NCBI RefSeq assembly: GCF_024223415.1
Contig: NZ_CP100500.1
Reading direction: 5' to 3' (one strand)
DNA: 64,000 nucleotides
DNA from: Escherichia coli
Lineage (GTDB): Bacteria; Pseudomonadota; Gammaproteobacteria; Enterobacterales; Enterobacteriaceae
Position numbers and translations under genes: made by a program. The notes under the pieces were generated by a model. It saw only the letters and a program-made list of their open reading frames with translations, ran no database searches and was not told where the DNA came from. Shown here one piece after another: positions 38,799-52,137 of this stretch; the first letter of the stretch is position 1; the number at the start of each line of letters is the position of its first letter.

Positions 38799-39695
38799 TT
38801 ATTCCTTGTCTAAAACCTGACGAATAAAGCCGCCGTGTTGATCCAGGCGTTTTTTAGCTTCTGCGGCATCGAGATTTTTCAGCACCATCACAATGGCCGT
38901 TTTACAGTTGCGCTCGCAGGCAATTAACGCTGCTTCCGCTTGTTCGGCATTACATCCGGTGGCGTTTTTAACGATATTGACCTGGCGCACATGCAGTTTT
39001 TCGTTGGTGGCGACCACATCGACCATCAGGTTGCCGAACACTTTGCCGGATTTAATCATCAGCCCGGTGGAAAGCATGTTGAGCACCAGTTTCTGCGCCG
39101 TACCTGCTTTCATTCGCGAAGAACCTGTGACCACTTCGGCCCCAACTACCGGCGTAATGGCAAACTCTGCGGTAGTTGAAACAGCGCTCCCGGGATTACA
39201 GGAAATTCCCACTGTGCGGCAGCCGAGCTGGCGTGCGTATTCCAGTCCGGCAATCACATACGGCGTGCGTCCGCTGGCCGCAATACCAACCACCACATCC
39301 TGTGCCGTTAAATTAATATTTTTCAGATCGTTAATACCACCTTCCCGGCTATCTTCCGCGCCTTCCACCGCGTGCTGAATGGCATATTCGCCGCCAGCAA
39401 TCAAACCAACCACCAAACCCGGTTTCACGCCGTAGGTGGGCGGACATTCGCTGGCATCCAGAATCCCCAGACGACCGGATGTTCCCGCACCGAGATAAAT
39501 CAGACGACCGCCGCCGCTTACCTGGGCGTGGATAACATCGATCGCCGCGGCGATATCCGGCAGTACGCGCTCAACGGCAAGCGGTACGGTTTTATCTTCA
39601 TCGTTGATAATCCGGCACATTTCCAGCGTTGATACGCGGTCAATTTCAGCCGAGGCGGCGTTCGAGCCTTCGGTAATCATCTTTTCAAGTTGCAT
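38799..39695 (-). CDS. murQ: N-acetylmuramic acid 6-phosphate etherase MurQ (298 aa)
   Basis: SIS-domain etherase. Confidence 0.9.
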   Translation of the reverse strand: MQLEKMITEGSNAASAEIDRVSTLEMCRIINDEDKTVPLAVERVLPDIAAAIDVIHAQVSGGGRLIYLGAGTSGRLGILDASECPPTYGVKPGLVVGLIAGGEYAIQHAVEGAEDSREGGINDLKNINLTAQDVVVGIAASGRTPYVIAGLEYARQLGCRTVGISCNPGSAVSTTAEFAITPVVGAEVVTGSSRMKAGTAQKLVLNMLSTGLMIKSGKVFGNLMVDVVATNEKLHVRQVNIVKNATGCNAEQAEAALIACERNCKTAIVMVLKNLDAAEAKKRLDQHGGFIRQVLDKE

Positions 39696-39858
39696 CGGTG
39701 GTGACCTTACTATTTACGATCAAATAATTGCAGATGTATGGAATCATATATCCCGAATTGACAGACTTAAAGGAATCATTGAGTCTACACTCGCAGAGTG
39801 TGAAGAGCGTCATAAGAACTTAAGCGGAATTTTTGCTGCCAGCCCAGGAGAGTGGAAG

Positions 39859-40716
39859 ATGTTGTACCTGACGAAAATACGCAATGCGGAAAGTGAATTT
39901 ACCGAGAACGAGCAAAAAATTGCTGACTTTCTGCGGGCCAACGTGAGTGAGCTGAAATCCGTCTCTTCGCGCAAGATGGCGAAACAGCTCGGCATCAGCC
40001 AGTCGAGTATTGTGAAGTTTGCCCAGAAGCTCGGCGCACAAGGATTTACTGAATTGCGTATGGCGTTAATAGGCGAATACAGTGCCAGCCGGGAGAAAAC
40101 GAATGCCACGGCGCTGCACCTGCACAGTTCGATTACCAGTGATGATTCGCTGGAAGTGATTGCCCGCAAATTGAATCGCGAAAAAGAGCTGGCGCTGGAG
40201 CAAACCTGTGCGTTGTTCGACTACGCGCGGCTGCAAAAAATCATTGAGGTCATCAGTAAAGCACCGTTTATCCAGATAACGGGCCTGGGCGGATCGGCGC
40301 TGGTGGGGCGCGATCTGTCGTTCAAACTGATGAAAATTGGATATCGCGTGGCCTGCGAAGCCGACACGCACGTACAAGCCACCGTTTCCCAGGCGTTGAA
40401 AAAAGGCGATGTACAAATCGCTATCTCTTACAGCGGCAGTAAAAAAGAGATTGTCTTGTGCGCAGAAGCGGCACGAAAGCAGGGGGCAACGGTGATTGCC
40501 ATTACTTCTCTGGCTGACTCTCCGCTGCGGCGGCTGGCGCATTTCACGCTCGATACCGTTTCCGGTGAAACCGAATGGCGTAGCTCGTCGATGTCTACCC
40601 GCACGGCGCAAAATTCTGTTACCGATTTACTGTTTGTTGGTCTTGTGCAACTCAATGATGTGGAGTCATTGAAAATGATTCAGCGCAGCAGTGAGCTAAC
40701 ACAACGCCTGAAATGA
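39859..40716 (+). CDS. murR: RpiR-family repressor MurR (285 aa)
   Basis: ORF 39604-40716; start set at [11 protein letters not shown]; HTH plus SIS domain; divergent from murQP. Confidence 0.85.
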   Translation: MLYLTKIRNAESEFTENEQKIADFLRANVSELKSVSSRKMAKQLGISQSSIVKFAQKLGAQGFTELRMALIGEYSASREKTNATALHLHSSITSDDSLEVIARKLNREKELALEQTCALFDYARLQKIIEVISKAPFIQITGLGGSALVGRDLSFKLMKIGYRVACEADTHVQATVSQALKKGDVQIAISYSGSKKEIVLCAEAARKQGATVIAITSLADSPLRRLAHFTLDTVSGETEWRSSSMSTRTAQNSVTDLLFVGLVQLNDVESLKMIQRSSELTQRLK

Positions 40717-40844
40717 TGCATAAAGCAGCGACTGGATTGAGATTTTCCTGAATTAGTGAGCTGATCCGCAGCAATATTTTGTTTATCCTGTATTTTCAGA
40801 GGGAATGGAGTGTAACGCTCTGTATTAACAAGGAGAGCATTAAA

Positions 40845-41636
40845 ATGGGTAAACTCACGGGCAAGACAGCACTGATTACGGGCGCATTGCAGGGAATTGG
40901 CGAAGGAATTGCCAGAACTTTTGCGCGTCATGGCGCAAACCTAATCTTGCTGGATATCTCCCCTGAGATCGAAAAGCTGGCGGACGAACTGTGTGGTCGT
41001 GGTCATCGCTGTACGGCGGTTGTCGCCGATGTGCGTGACCCGGCGTCGGTAGCCGCAGCTATCAAACGCGCGAAGGAAAAAGAAGGGCGCATTGATATCC
41101 TGGTGAATAACGCAGGCGTTTGTCGTCTGGGCAGTTTCCTCGATATGAGCGATGACGATCGCGATTTCCATATTGACATCAATATTAAAGGCGTATGGAA
41201 CGTCACGAAGGCGGTGCTGCCGGAGATGATTGCCCGCAAAGATGGTCGCATTGTGATGATGTCTTCAGTCACTGGTGATATGGTGGCCGATCCGGGTGAA
41301 ACGGCGTACGCCTTAACGAAAGCGGCGATTGTTGGCCTGACAAAATCGCTGGCGGTGGAGTACGCGCAATCCGGTATTCGCGTTAACGCCATCTGCCCAG
41401 GATACGTCCGCACGCCAATGGCGGAAAGCATTGCCCGCCAGTCGAACCCGGAAGATCCAGAGTCGGTGCTGACTGATATGGAAAAAGCAATCCCGCTGCG
41501 TCGCCTCGCCGATCCGCTGGAAGTCGGCGAACTGGCGGCCTTCCTGGCATCGGATGAATCCAGCTATTTAACCGGTACACAGAATGTGATTGATGGCGGC
41601 AGCACACTGCCGGAGACGGTTAGCGTCGGTATCTGA
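40845..41636 (+). CDS. ucpA: short-chain dehydrogenase/reductase UcpA (263 aa)
   Basis: ORF 40779-41636; start set at MGKLTGKTAL; Rossmann TGALQGIG motif. Confidence 0.85.
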   Translation: MGKLTGKTALITGALQGIGEGIARTFARHGANLILLDISPEIEKLADELCGRGHRCTAVVADVRDPASVAAAIKRAKEKEGRIDILVNNAGVCRLGSFLDMSDDDRDFHIDINIKGVWNVTKAVLPEMIARKDGRIVMMSSVTGDMVADPGETAYALTKAAIVGLTKSLAVEYAQSGIRVNAICPGYVRTPMAESIARQSNPEDPESVLTDMEKAIPLRRLADPLEVGELAAFLASDESSYLTGTQNVIDGGSTLPETVSVGI

Positions 41637-41793
41637 TTCACCTCTGTTTCCTCCCTGCATGTGTGGGGAGGATTTCGTCTTATTCCCTTTTCAACTTCCA
41701 AATCACCAAACGGTATATAAAACCGTTACTCCTTTCACGTCCGTTATAAATATGATGGCTATTAGAAAGTCATTAAATTTATAAGGGTGCGCA

Positions 41794-42810
41794 ATGGCCG
41801 TTAACTTACTGAAAAAGAACTCACTCGCGCTGGTCGCTTCTCTGCTGCTGGCGGGCCATGTACAGGCAACGGAACTGCTGAACAGTTCTTATGACGTCTC
41901 CCGCGAGCTGTTTGCCGCCCTGAACCCGCCGTTTGAGCAACAATGGGCCAAAGATAACGGCGGCGACAAACTGACGATAAAACAATCTCATGCCGGGTCA
42001 TCAAAACAGGCGCTGGCGATTTTGCAGGGCTTAAAAGCAGACGTTGTCACTTATAACCAGGTGACCGACGTACAAATCCTGCACGACAAAGGCAAGCTGA
42101 TCCCGGCGGACTGGCAAACGCGCCTGCCGAATAACAGCTCGCCGTTCTACTCCACCATGGGCTTCCTGGTGCGTAAGGGCAACCCGAGGAATATCCACGA
42201 CTGGAACGACCTGGTGCGCTCCGATGTGAAGCTAATTTTTCCGAACCCGAAAACCTCCGGTAACGCGCGTTACACCTACCTTGCGGCATGGGGCGCAGCG
42301 GATAAAACTGACGGTGGCGATAAAGCCAAAACCGAACAGTTTATGACTCAGTTCCTGAAAAACGTTGAAGTGTTCGATACCGGCGGTCGTGGCGCGACCA
42401 CCACTTTTGCCGAGCGCGGCCTGGGCGATGTGCTGATTAGCTTTGAATCGGAAGTGAACAACATCCGCAAACAGTATGAAGCGCAGGGCTTTGAAGTGGT
42501 GATTCCGAAAACCAACATTCTGGCGGAATTCCCGGTGGCGTGGGTCGATAAAAACGTGCAGGCCAACGGTACGGAAAAAGCCGCAAAAGCCTACCTGAAC
42601 TGGCTCTACAGCCCGCAGGCGCAAACCATCATCACCGACTATTACTACCGCGTAAACAACCCGGAAGTCATGGACAAACTGAAAGACAAATTCCCGCAGA
42701 CCGAGCTGTTCCGCGTGGAAGACAAATTTGGCTCCTGGCCGGAAGTGATGAAAACCCACTTCACCAGCGGCGGCGAGTTAGACAAGCTGTTAGCGGCGGG
42801 GCGTAACTGA
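41794..42810 (+). CDS. cysP: thiosulfate-binding periplasmic protein CysP (338 aa)
   Basis: Recognised sequence. Confidence 0.9.
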   Translation: MAVNLLKKNSLALVASLLLAGHVQATELLNSSYDVSRELFAALNPPFEQQWAKDNGGDKLTIKQSHAGSSKQALAILQGLKADVVTYNQVTDVQILHDKGKLIPADWQTRLPNNSSPFYSTMGFLVRKGNPRNIHDWNDLVRSDVKLIFPNPKTSGNARYTYLAAWGAADKTDGGDKAKTEQFMTQFLKNVEVFDTGGRGATTTFAERGLGDVLISFESEVNNIRKQYEAQGFEVVIPKTNILAEFPVAWVDKNVQANGTEKAAKAYLNWLYSPQAQTIITDYYYRVNNPEVMDKLKDKFPQTELFRVEDKFGSWPEVMKTHFTSGGELDKLLAAGRN

Positions 42811-43643
42811 TGTTTGCTGTCTCCTCCAGACGCGTGTTGCCGGGCTTTACCTTAAGCCTCGGCACCAGTCTGCTGTTTGTGTGCCTGATTTTGCTGCTGC
42901 CGCTCTCCGCGCTGGTGATGCAACTGGCTCAGATGAGCTGGGCGCAGTACTGGGAGGTGATCACCAACCCGCAGGTGGTCGCGGCCTATAAAGTGACGCT
43001 GCTGTCGGCGTTTGTGGCATCGATTTTTAACGGCGTTTTCGGTCTGCTGATGGCGTGGATCCTAACCCGCTATCGCTTCCCAGGCCGCACGCTGCTTGAT
43101 GCGCTGATGGATTTACCCTTTGCGCTGCCAACGGCAGTCGCCGGTTTGACGCTGGCCTCGCTCTTCTCCGTGAACGGTTTTTACGGTGAATGGCTGGCGA
43201 AGTTTGATATCAAAGTCACCTATACCTGGCTTGGGATTGCGGTGGCGATGGCCTTTACCAGCATTCCGTTTGTGGTGCGTACCGTGCAGCCGGTGCTGGA
43301 AGAGTTAGGCCCGGAATATGAAGAAGCGGCAGAAACGCTTGGCGCAACGCGCTGGCAGAGTTTCTGCAAAGTGGTGCTACCGGAGCTTTCTCCGGCGCTG
43401 GTGGCGGGCGTGGCGCTGTCGTTTACCCGTAGCCTCGGTGAGTTTGGCGCGGTGATTTTTATCGCCGGGAACATCGCCTGGAAGACGGAAGTGACGTCGC
43501 TGATGATTTTCGTTCGCTTACAGGAGTTTGATTACCCGGCGGCGAGCGCGATTGCTTCGGTGATCCTCGCGGCATCCCTGCTGCTGCTGTTCTCAATTAA
43601 CACTCTGCAAAGTCGCTTTGGTCGGCGTGTGGTAGGTCATTAA
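42810..43643 (+). CDS. cysU: sulfate/thiosulfate ABC permease CysU (CysT) (277 aa)
   Basis: Recognised sequence. Confidence 0.9.
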   Translation: MFAVSSRRVLPGFTLSLGTSLLFVCLILLLPLSALVMQLAQMSWAQYWEVITNPQVVAAYKVTLLSAFVASIFNGVFGLLMAWILTRYRFPGRTLLDALMDLPFALPTAVAGLTLASLFSVNGFYGEWLAKFDIKVTYTWLGIAVAMAFTSIPFVVRTVQPVLEELGPEYEEAAETLGATRWQSFCKVVLPELSPALVAGVALSFTRSLGEFGAVIFIAGNIAWKTEVTSLMIFVRLQEFDYPAASAIASVILAASLLLLFSINTLQSRFGRRVVGH

Positions 43644-44518
43644 TGGCGGAAGTTACCCAATTGAAGCGTTATGACGCGCGCCCGATTAACTGGGGCAAAT
43701 GGTTTCTGATTGGCACCGGGATGCTGGTTTCGGCGTTCATCCTGCTGGTGCCGATGATTTACATCTTCGTACAGGCATTCAGCAAAGGGCTGATGCCAGT
43801 TTTACAGAATCTGGCTGACCCGGACATGCTGCACGCCATCTGGCTGACGGTGATGATTGCGCTGATTGCCGTACCGGTAAACCTGGTGTTCGGCATTCTG
43901 CTGGCCTGGCTGGTGACGCGCTTTAACTTCCCCGGACGCCAGTTACTGCTGACGCTACTGGACATTCCGTTTGCCGTGTCGCCAGTGGTTGCCGGTCTGG
44001 TCTATCTGCTGTTCTACGGCTCTAACGGCCCGCTCGGCGGCTGGCTGGATGAACATAATCTGCAAATTATGTTCTCCTGGCCGGGAATGGTACTGGTGAC
44101 CATCTTCGTGACGTGTCCGTTTGTGGTGCGCGAACTGGTGCCGGTGATGTTAAGCCAGGGTAGCCAGGAAGACGAAGCGGCGATTTTGCTTGGCGCGTCT
44201 GGCTGGCAGATGTTCCGCCGCGTCACATTGCCGAACATTCGCTGGGCGCTGCTTTACGGCGTGGTGCTGACCAACGCCCGCGCGATTGGCGAGTTTGGCG
44301 CGGTGTCGGTGGTTTCCGGCTCGATTCGCGGCGAAACCCTGTCGCTGCCGTTACAGATTGAATTGCTGGAGCAGGACTACAACACCGTCGGCTCCTTTAC
44401 CGCCGCCGCGCTGTTAACGCTGATGGCGATTATCACCCTGTTTTTAAAAAGTATGTTGCAGTGGCGCCTGGAGAATCAGGAAAAACGCGCACAGCAGGAG
44501 GAACATCATGAGCATTGA
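43643..44518 (+). CDS. cysW: sulfate/thiosulfate ABC permease CysW (291 aa)
   Basis: Recognised sequence. Confidence 0.9.
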   Translation: MAEVTQLKRYDARPINWGKWFLIGTGMLVSAFILLVPMIYIFVQAFSKGLMPVLQNLADPDMLHAIWLTVMIALIAVPVNLVFGILLAWLVTRFNFPGRQLLLTLLDIPFAVSPVVAGLVYLLFYGSNGPLGGWLDEHNLQIMFSWPGMVLVTIFVTCPFVVRELVPVMLSQGSQEDEAAILLGASGWQMFRRVTLPNIRWALLYGVVLTNARAIGEFGAVSVVSGSIRGETLSLPLQIELLEQDYNTVGSFTAAALLTLMAIITLFLKSMLQWRLENQEKRAQQEEHHEH

Positions 44519-45605
44519 GATTGCCAATATTAAGAAGTCGTTTGGTCGTACCCAGGTGCTGAACGATATCTCACTGGATATTCCTTCTGGTCAGATGGTC
44601 GCGTTGCTGGGGCCGTCCGGTTCCGGGAAAACCACGCTGCTGCGCATTATCGCTGGGCTGGAGCATCAAACCAGCGGGCATATTCGCTTCCACGGCACCG
44701 ACGTGAGCCGCCTGCACGCACGTGATCGTAAAGTCGGTTTCGTGTTCCAGCATTACGCGCTGTTCCGCCATATGACGGTGTTCGACAATATCGCTTTTGG
44801 CCTGACGGTGCTGCCGCGTCGCGAGCGCCCGAATGCCGCGGCGATCAAAGCGAAAGTGACAAAATTGCTGGAAATGGTCCAGCTTGCCCATCTGGCGGAT
44901 CGTTATCCGGCGCAGCTTTCCGGCGGCCAGAAACAGCGTGTAGCGCTGGCGCGTGCGCTTGCTGTAGAACCGCAAATTCTGCTGCTTGATGAACCGTTTG
45001 GCGCGCTGGATGCGCAGGTGCGTAAAGAGCTGCGTCGCTGGCTGCGTCAACTGCATGAAGAGCTGAAATTCACCAGCGTGTTCGTGACCCACGACCAGGA
45101 AGAAGCGACCGAAGTAGCTGATCGTGTAGTGGTGATGAGCCAGGGCAATATCGAGCAGGCTGACGCGCCGGATCAGGTATGGCGCGAACCGGCGACCCGT
45201 TTTGTGCTCGAATTTATGGGCGAAGTGAACCGCCTGCAGGGAACCATTCGCGGCGGGCAGTTCCATGTTGGCGCGCATCGCTGGCCGCTGGGCTACACAC
45301 CTGCGTATCAGGGGCCGGTGGATCTCTTCCTGCGCCCTTGGGAAGTGGATATCAGCCGCCGTACCAGCCTCGATTCGCCGCTGCCGGTACAGGTACTGGA
45401 AGCCAGCCCGAAAGGTCACTACACCCAATTAGTGGTGCAGCCGCTGGGGTGGTACAACGAACCGCTGACGGTCGTGATGCATGGCGACAATGCCCCGCAG
45501 CGTGGCGAGCGTTTATTCGTTGGTCTGCAACATGCGCGGCTGTATAACGGCGACGAGCGTATCGAAACCCGAGATGAGGAACTTGCTCTCGCACAAAGCG
45601 CCTGA
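44508..45605 (+). CDS. cysA: sulfate/thiosulfate ABC ATPase CysA (365 aa)
   Basis: Walker [10 protein letters not shown]; ABC signature LSGGQKQR. Confidence 0.9.
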   Translation: MSIEIANIKKSFGRTQVLNDISLDIPSGQMVALLGPSGSGKTTLLRIIAGLEHQTSGHIRFHGTDVSRLHARDRKVGFVFQHYALFRHMTVFDNIAFGLTVLPRRERPNAAAIKAKVTKLLEMVQLAHLADRYPAQLSGGQKQRVALARALAVEPQILLLDEPFGALDAQVRKELRRWLRQLHEELKFTSVFVTHDQEEATEVADRVVVMSQGNIEQADAPDQVWREPATRFVLEFMGEVNRLQGTIRGGQFHVGAHRWPLGYTPAYQGPVDLFLRPWEVDISRRTSLDSPLPVQVLEASPKGHYTQLVVQPLGWYNEPLTVVMHGDNAPQRGERLFVGLQHARLYNGDERIETRDEELALAQSA

Positions 45606-45619
45606 TAGGTTGAGTGAAT

Positions 45620-45716
45620 GTTAAACGCCCGGAGGCGCTTCCCGCGATCCGGGCTTTTTAATGGCAAGGTTTGTAACCTGTAGGCCTGATAAGACGCGCA
45701 AGCGTCGCATCAGGCA
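45620..45716. repeat. hairpin terminator plus REP unit between cysA and cysM
   Basis: cccggaggcgcttcccgcgatccgggcttttt hairpin followed by REP gcctgataagacgcgcaagcgtcgcatcaggc. Confidence 0.6.
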
Positions 45717-45738
45717 ACACCACGTATGGATAGAGATC

Positions 45739-46650
45739 GTGAGTACATTAGAACAAACAATAGGCAATACGCCTCTGGTGAAGTTGCAGCGAATGGGGCC
45801 GAATAACGGCAGTGAAGTGTGGTTAAAACTGGAAGGCAATAACCCGGCAGGTTCGGTAAAAGATCGTGCGGCGCTTTCGATGATCGTCGAGGCGGAAAAG
45901 CGCGGGGAAATTAAACCGGGTGATGTGTTAATCGAAGCCACCAGTGGTAACACCGGCATTGCGCTGGCAATGATTGCCGCGCTTAAAGGCTATCGCATGA
46001 AATTGCTGATGCCCGACAACATGAGCCAGGAACGCCGTGCGGCGATGCGTGCTTATGGTGCGGAACTGATTCTGGTCACCAAAGAGCAGGGCATGGAAGG
46101 TGCGCGCGATCTGGCGCTGGAGATGGCGGATCGTGGTGAAGGAAAGCTGCTCGATCAGTTCAATAATCCCGATAACCCTTACGCCCATTACACCACTACC
46201 GGGCCGGAAATCTGGCAGCAGACTGGCGGGCGCATTACCCATTTTGTCTCCAGCATGGGAACAACCGGCACTATCACCGGCGTTTCACGCTTTATGCGCG
46301 AACAATCCAAACCGGTGACCATTGTTGGCCTGCAGCCGGAAGAGGGCAGTAGCATTCCCGGCATTCGCCGCTGGCCTGCGGAATATCTGCCGGGGATTTT
46401 CAACGCTTCTCTGGTAGATGAGGTGCTGGATATTCATCAGCGCGATGCGGAAAACACCATGCGCGAACTGGCGGTGCGGGAAGGAATATTCTGTGGCGTC
46501 AGCTCCGGCGGCGCGGTTGCCGGAGCACTGCGGGTGGCAAAAGCTAACCCTGGTGCGGTGGTGGTAGCGATCATCTGCGATCGTGGCGATCGCTACCTTT
46601 CCACCGGGGTGTTTGGGGAAGAGCATTTTAGTCAGGGGGCGGGGATTTAA
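45739..46650 (+). CDS. cysM: cysteine synthase B CysM (303 aa, GTG start)
   Basis: ORF 45661-46650 crosses the REP; start set at GTG giving MSTLEQTIGNTPLV; PLP-dependent. Confidence 0.85.
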   Translation: MSTLEQTIGNTPLVKLQRMGPNNGSEVWLKLEGNNPAGSVKDRAALSMIVEAEKRGEIKPGDVLIEATSGNTGIALAMIAALKGYRMKLLMPDNMSQERRAAMRAYGAELILVTKEQGMEGARDLALEMADRGEGKLLDQFNNPDNPYAHYTTTGPEIWQQTGGRITHFVSSMGTTGTITGVSRFMREQSKPVTIVGLQPEEGSSIPGIRRWPAEYLPGIFNASLVDEVLDIHQRDAENTMRELAVREGIFCGVSSGGAVAGALRVAKANPGAVVVAIICDRGDRYLSTGVFGEEHFSQGAGI

Positions 46651-46652
46651 GA

Positions 46653-47112
<460 letters not shown>

Positions 47113-47125
47113 GAGAAAAAATTAA

Positions 47126-47977
47126 ATGAGTAGTTTGTTGTTGTTTAACGATAAGAGCAGGGCGCTGCAGGCGGATATCGTCGCCGTGCAGTCGCAGGTG
47201 GTTTACGGCAGCGTGGGCAACAGCATTGCCGTGCCTGCTATCAAACAGAACGGCCTGAATGTCTTTGCCGTGCCGACGGTATTGCTGAGCAATACGCCGC
47301 ATTATGACACTTTCTACGGTGGTGCGATTCCGGACGAATGGTTTAGCGGCTATTTGCGTGCGCTTCAGGAGCGTGATGCGCTGCGCCAACTTCGAGCTGT
47401 AACCACGGGCTATATGGGAACGGCATCGCAAATCAAAATCCTTGCCGAGTGGCTGACTGCGCTACGCAAAGACCATCCTGACCTATTGATCATGGTCGAT
47501 CCGGTGATTGGCGATATTGATAGCGGAATTTATGTCAAACCTGACCTTCCCGAGGCGTATCGACAATATTTACTGCCGCTGGCGCAGGGAATTACCCCCA
47601 ATATCTTTGAGCTGGAAATCCTGACCGGTAAAAATTGCCGCGATCTCGACAGTGCCATTGCTGCCGCAAAAAGTCTGCTTTCAGACACATTAAAATGGGT
47701 GGTGATTACCAGCGCCTCCGGTAATGAAGAAAATCAGGAGATGCAGGTTGTAGTGGTCACTGCCGACAGCGTGAATGTCATTTCCCATTCACGGGTAAAA
47801 ACCGACCTGAAAGGGACTGGCGACCTGTTTTGTGCTCAGCTCATCAGTGGCTTGCTGAAAGGGAAGGCGTTAACCGATGCAGTGCACCGAGCGGGGTTGC
47901 GCGTACTGGAAGTGATGCGCTACACCCAGCAGCATGAGAGCGATGAATTGATTTTGCCGCCGCTGGCGGAAGCATAA
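47126..47977 (+). CDS. pdxK: pyridoxal/pyridoxine/pyridoxamine kinase PdxK (283 aa)
   Basis: Recognised sequence. Confidence 0.9.
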   Translation: MSSLLLFNDKSRALQADIVAVQSQVVYGSVGNSIAVPAIKQNGLNVFAVPTVLLSNTPHYDTFYGGAIPDEWFSGYLRALQERDALRQLRAVTTGYMGTASQIKILAEWLTALRKDHPDLLIMVDPVIGDIDSGIYVKPDLPEAYRQYLLPLAQGITPNIFELEILTGKNCRDLDSAIAAAKSLLSDTLKWVVITSASGNEENQEMQVVVVTADSVNVISHSRVKTDLKGTGDLFCAQLISGLLKGKALTDAVHRAGLRVLEVMRYTQQHESDELILPPLAEA

Positions 47978-48006
47978 AAAATGGCGCCGATGGGCGCCAT
48001 TTTTCA
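47978..48006. terminator. bidirectional terminator between pdxK and crr
   Basis: aaaaa-atggcgccgatgggcgccat-ttttt. Confidence 0.7.
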
Positions 48007-48018
48007 CTGCGGCAAGAA

Positions 48019-48528
48019 TTACTTCTTGATGCGGATAACCGGGGTTTCACCCACGGTTACGCTACCGGACAGTTTGATCAGTTCTTTGATTTCGTCCATG
48101 TTGGAGATAACAACCGGAGTCAGGGTAGACTTGGCTTTCTCTTCCAGCAGCGGCAGATCAAATTCAATGACAGTATCGCCAACTTTCACGCGCTGACCTT
48201 CTTCAGCAATACGCTTGAAGCCTTCGCCTTTCAGTTCAACGGTGTCGATACCGAAGTGGACGAACAGTTCAACGCCGCTATCAGATTCGATAGAGAATGC
48301 GTGGTTGGTTTCAAAGATTTTACCAATGGTGCCGTCTACAGGCGCGACCATTTTGTTACCCGTTGGTTTGATAGCAATACCATCACCAACGATTTTTTCC
48401 GCAAAAACGACATCCGGCACGTCTTCGATATTGACGATCTCGCCAGAGAGCGGAGCAATGATCTCAATAGTTCCGGTATCCTTCTTGTCGTCGGAAACCA
48501 GAGATTTCAGTTTATCGAACAAACCCAT
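48019..48528 (-). CDS. crr: PTS glucose-specific EIIA (169 aa)
   Basis: Recognised sequence. Confidence 0.95.
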
Positions 48529-48568
48529 GATCTTCTCCTAAGCAGTAAATTGGGCCGCATCTCGTGGA

Positions 48569-50296
48569 TTAGCAGATTGTTTTTTCTTCAATGAACTTGT
48601 TAACCAGCGTCATTAACTCGTCCGTTGTCGGTTGAGCAAGAGCCTGCTCTGCTAACACCTTCGCATCTTCGAAGTTCGTGTTACGGATAATCTTCTTAAT
48701 GCGCGGGATAGAAATGGCGCTCATAGAGAATTCGTCCAGACCCATCCCCAGCAACAGAAGTGTAGCACGTTCATCGCCAGCAAGCTCACCACACATGCCA
48801 GTCCATTTGCCTTCAGCATGAGAAGCATCAATAACTTGCTTGATCAAGTTCAGCACGGACGGTGACATTGGCTGGTAAAGGTGTGAAATCATATCATTAC
48901 CACGGTCAACTGCCAGAGTGTACTGCGTTAAATCATTGGTGCCGATACTAAAGAAATCAACTTCTTTGGCTAAATGACGTGCAATTGTTGCGGCAGCCGG
49001 TGTTTCCACCATTACGCCGATTTCAATTGACTCGTCAAACGCTTTACCTTCGTCGCGCAGTTCCTGTTTGTAGATTTCGATCTCTTTGCGCAGTGCACGC
49101 ACTTCTTCAACAGAGATGATCATCGGGAACATAATGCGCAATTTACCGAAAGCCGAGGCACGCAGGATAGCGCGGAGCTGATCGCGCAGGATCTCTTTAC
49201 GATCCATTGCGATACGGATAGCGCGCCAGCCGAGGAACGGGTTCTCTTCTTTCGGGAAGTTCATGTATGGCAGCTCTTTGTCGCCGCCGATGTCCATGGT
49301 ACGAACGATAACCGCCTGCGAGCCACACGCTTCAGCCACTGCTTTGTAAGCAGCAAACTGTTCTTCTTCAGTGGGCAGCGCGTCGCGGTCCATGAACAGG
49401 AACTCAGTACGATACAGACCAACGCCTTCAGCGCCGTTACGCTCTGCACCTTCAACGTCACGAACCGTACCAATGTTAGCGCATACTTCTACCTGGTGAC
49501 CGTCCAGCGTAATAGCTGGCAGATCTTTCAGTTTAGCAAGCTCTGCTTTTTCAGAAGCCACTTGCTCCTGAACAGCGCGCATTTTATCAATAACTTCGTT
49601 GGTTGGATTGACGTAAACCTGATTATTTACGGCATCCAGAATCAGATAGTCGTCATTTTTCACCTGAGAGGTGACGCTACCGGTACCCACGATAGCAGGC
49701 AGTTCCAGAGAACGCGCCATGATAGAGGTGTGGGAAGTACGGCCACCCGCGTCGGTGATGAAACCCAGCACCTTCTTCAGGTTCAGCTGTGCGGTTTCGG
49801 ACGGCGTCAGGTCAGCGGCAACCAGAATGACTTCATCCTGAATGGCGCTCAGGTCGATAATCTTCAGGCCCAGGATGTTGCGCAGCAGGCGCTTACCGAT
49901 ATCACGTACGTCAGCCGCACGTTCTTTCAGGTATTCATCATCCAGCTCTTCCAGGGCAGAAGCCTGACCTTCGATAACTTCATGAGCAGCTGCGTCAGCT
50001 GTCATGTGTTTATCTTTAATCAGGGCTATGATTTCCTGCTCCAGCTCCTCATCTTCGAGCAGCATAATATGCCCTTCAAAGATGGCTTCTTTTTCTTCAC
50101 CGAACGTTTCACCAGCTTTCGTTTTGATCGTTTCCAGCTGGGCTGATGCCTTGGCACGACCGCTCAGAAAACGTTCAACTTCCTGATCAACCTGGTCGGC
50201 AGAAATTTTTTTCCGGTCAATGACAATTTCGTCTTCTTTCAGAAGCAGAGCTTTACCGAAAGCGATACCCGGGGATGCTAAAATGCCTGAAATCAT
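48569..50296 (-). CDS. ptsI: PTS enzyme I (575 aa)
   Basis: Recognised sequence. Confidence 0.95.
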   Translation of the reverse strand: MISGILASPGIAFGKALLLKEDEIVIDRKKISADQVDQEVERFLSGRAKASAQLETIKTKAGETFGEEKEAIFEGHIMLLEDEELEQEIIALIKDKHMTADAAAHEVIEGQASALEELDDEYLKERAADVRDIGKRLLRNILGLKIIDLSAIQDEVILVAADLTPSETAQLNLKKVLGFITDAGGRTSHTSIMARSLELPAIVGTGSVTSQVKNDDYLILDAVNNQVYVNPTNEVIDKMRAVQEQVASEKAELAKLKDLPAITLDGHQVEVCANIGTVRDVEGAERNGAEGVGLYRTEFLFMDRDALPTEEEQFAAYKAVAEACGSQAVIVRTMDIGGDKELPYMNFPKEENPFLGWRAIRIAMDRKEILRDQLRAILRASAFGKLRIMFPMIISVEEVRALRKEIEIYKQELRDEGKAFDESIEIGVMVETPAAATIARHLAKEVDFFSIGTNDLTQYTLAVDRGNDMISHLYQPMSPSVLNLIKQVIDASHAEGKWTGMCGELAGDERATLLLLGMGLDEFSMSAISIPRIKKIIRNTNFEDAKVLAEQALAQPTTDELMTLVNKFIEEKTIC

Positions 50297-50340
50297 AACC
50301 CTACCTTACTTGTGACTGATTTTTAAAAGAACCCGGGAAA

Positions 50341-50598
50341 TTACTCGAGTTCCGCCATCAGTTTAACCAGATGTTCAACCGCTTTCTGCTCGTCTTCGCC
50401 TTCTGCGGAGATAGTCACAACGGTACCTTGAGTCAGGCCCAGAGTCTGCAGTTTAAACAGGCTTTTCGCGCTGGCGCTTTTGCCGTTGGAAGTCACAGTA
50501 ATTTCAGAAGTGAAGCCCTTAGCTTCTTTTACAAACTGGGCAGCAGGGCGGGTGTGCAGACCGTTCGGAGCGGTAATGGTAACTTCTTGCTGGAACAT
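50341..50598 (-). CDS. ptsH: phosphocarrier protein HPr (85 aa)
   Basis: [23 protein letters not shown]. Confidence 0.95.
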
Positions 50599-50931
50599 TG
50601 TATTTCCCCAACTTATAGGTTTAGTGTTGTGGAACTAAAGTCTAGCCTGGCGGTTCGACTTTAGCCTGTATTGTTAGCGCCAGTTTTTAACAGACGCGAC
50701 GCACGAAGAGCGCAATACAGTCCATTGCTGGCGGGTGTTGACCGCTGACGTTTCGTACGTCATTAAACATTATGCCGCTAAAGGAAGAATTGAACCAAAT
50801 CATAAAATCGATTCAGCTTTGGCTTTTCCTGTAACGATTAATTTCGCGCATCAAAATAATTAGTCTGGTTAAATACCAGTTCCGACAGGCTGAATCAATG
50901 CCAGGAGGGGCGAAAGTTTGAAGCAGGCCAC

Positions 50932-50960
50932 AAAAAAGCACCTGAAAAGGTGCTTTTTTA
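50932..50960. terminator. rho-independent terminator downstream of cysK
   Basis: aaaaaa-gcacctgaaaaggtgc-tttttt. Confidence 0.7.
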
Positions 50961-50981
50961 CGCATTTTTAACAAGCTGGCA

Positions 50982-51953
50982 TTACTGTTGCAATTCTTTC
51001 TCAGTGAAGAGATCGGCAAACAATGCGGTGCTTAAATAACGCTCACCCGATGATGGTAGAATAACCACAATATTCTTGTTGGTAAAGCTTTCATCTTCTT
51101 GTAGTTTCAACGCCGCGGCAACAGCTGCTCCAGAAGAGATACCTGCAAGAATACCTTCTTCTTCCATTAGACGACGGGCGGTAGAAATGGCTTCTTCATT
51201 GGTGATGCCAATGACTTTATCGACCAGCTTGAGATCGAGGTTAGCCGGGATAAAACCAGCGCCAATACCCTGAATTTTATGCGGGCCAGGTTTAATCTCT
51301 TCACCTGCCAGCGCCTGGGCGATAACTGGAGAATCGGTTGGCTCAACGGCGACAGAGATAAGATCGGTCTTGCCTTTGGTGCCTTTAATGTAGCGGCTGA
51401 CGCCAGTCAGCGTACCGCCAGTCCCAACGCCAGCAATAAATACATCAACCTGACCGTCGGTATCTTCCCAGATCTCCGGACCGGTGGTTTTTTCGTGAAT
51501 TTCAGGGTTTGCCGGATTGCTGAATTGTTGCAGCAGCAGGTATTTCTCTGGATTGCTGGCGACAATTTCTTCTGCTTTTTGGATTGCGCCTTTCATGCCT
51601 TTAGCACCTTCGGTCAGCACCAGGTTTGCACCTAACGCTTTCAGCAGCTTGCGGCGTTCAATACTCATGGTTTCTGGCATGGTCAGGGTGAGTTTGTAAC
51701 CGCGAGCGGCAGCGACATAGGCCAGTGCAATCCCGGTATTACCGCTGGTCGGTTCAACCAGTTCAACGCCTGGTTTCAGCACGCCGCGCTTTTCGGCATC
51801 CCAAATCATGTTGGCACCGATACGGCACTTAACGCTGAAGCTGGGGTTACGAGATTCCACCTTCGCCAGAATGCGTCCGTTACCGATGCGATTCAGGCGA
51901 ACCAGCGGCGTGTGACCGATAGTCAGCGAGTTATCTTCAAAAATCTTACTCAT
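50982..51953 (-). CDS. cysK: cysteine synthase A CysK (323 aa)
   Basis: Recognised sequence. Confidence 0.95.
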   Translation of the reverse strand: MSKIFEDNSLTIGHTPLVRLNRIGNGRILAKVESRNPSFSVKCRIGANMIWDAEKRGVLKPGVELVEPTSGNTGIALAYVAAARGYKLTLTMPETMSIERRKLLKALGANLVLTEGAKGMKGAIQKAEEIVASNPEKYLLLQQFSNPANPEIHEKTTGPEIWEDTDGQVDVFIAGVGTGGTLTGVSRYIKGTKGKTDLISVAVEPTDSPVIAQALAGEEIKPGPHKIQGIGAGFIPANLDLKLVDKVIGITNEEAISTARRLMEEEGILAGISSGAAVAAALKLQEDESFTNKNIVVILPSSGERYLSTALFADLFTEKELQQ

Positions 51954-52137
51954 GGCCTGTCCTTAACTGTATGAAATTGGGATACAACAGGTAGCATACC
52001 CGCTCAGAGAATATGCGGAAGTAAGGATTTAGCATATCTATATACAGAAGGGAAATAATGACATGCAAGATGGAATAAGGGGCGGCATAAGCCACCCCTG
52101 TTTCACACAAACGGTTTACAAAATAACCGGTAGATTG

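Noticed and set aside
41590-41784. 64-aa ORF in the ucpA-cysP intergenic region
   Set aside because: No RBS and an unnatural composition; the region is the cysP promoter.
44571-45428. 285-aa ORF on the - strand
   Set aside because: Antisense shadow ORF inside cysA.
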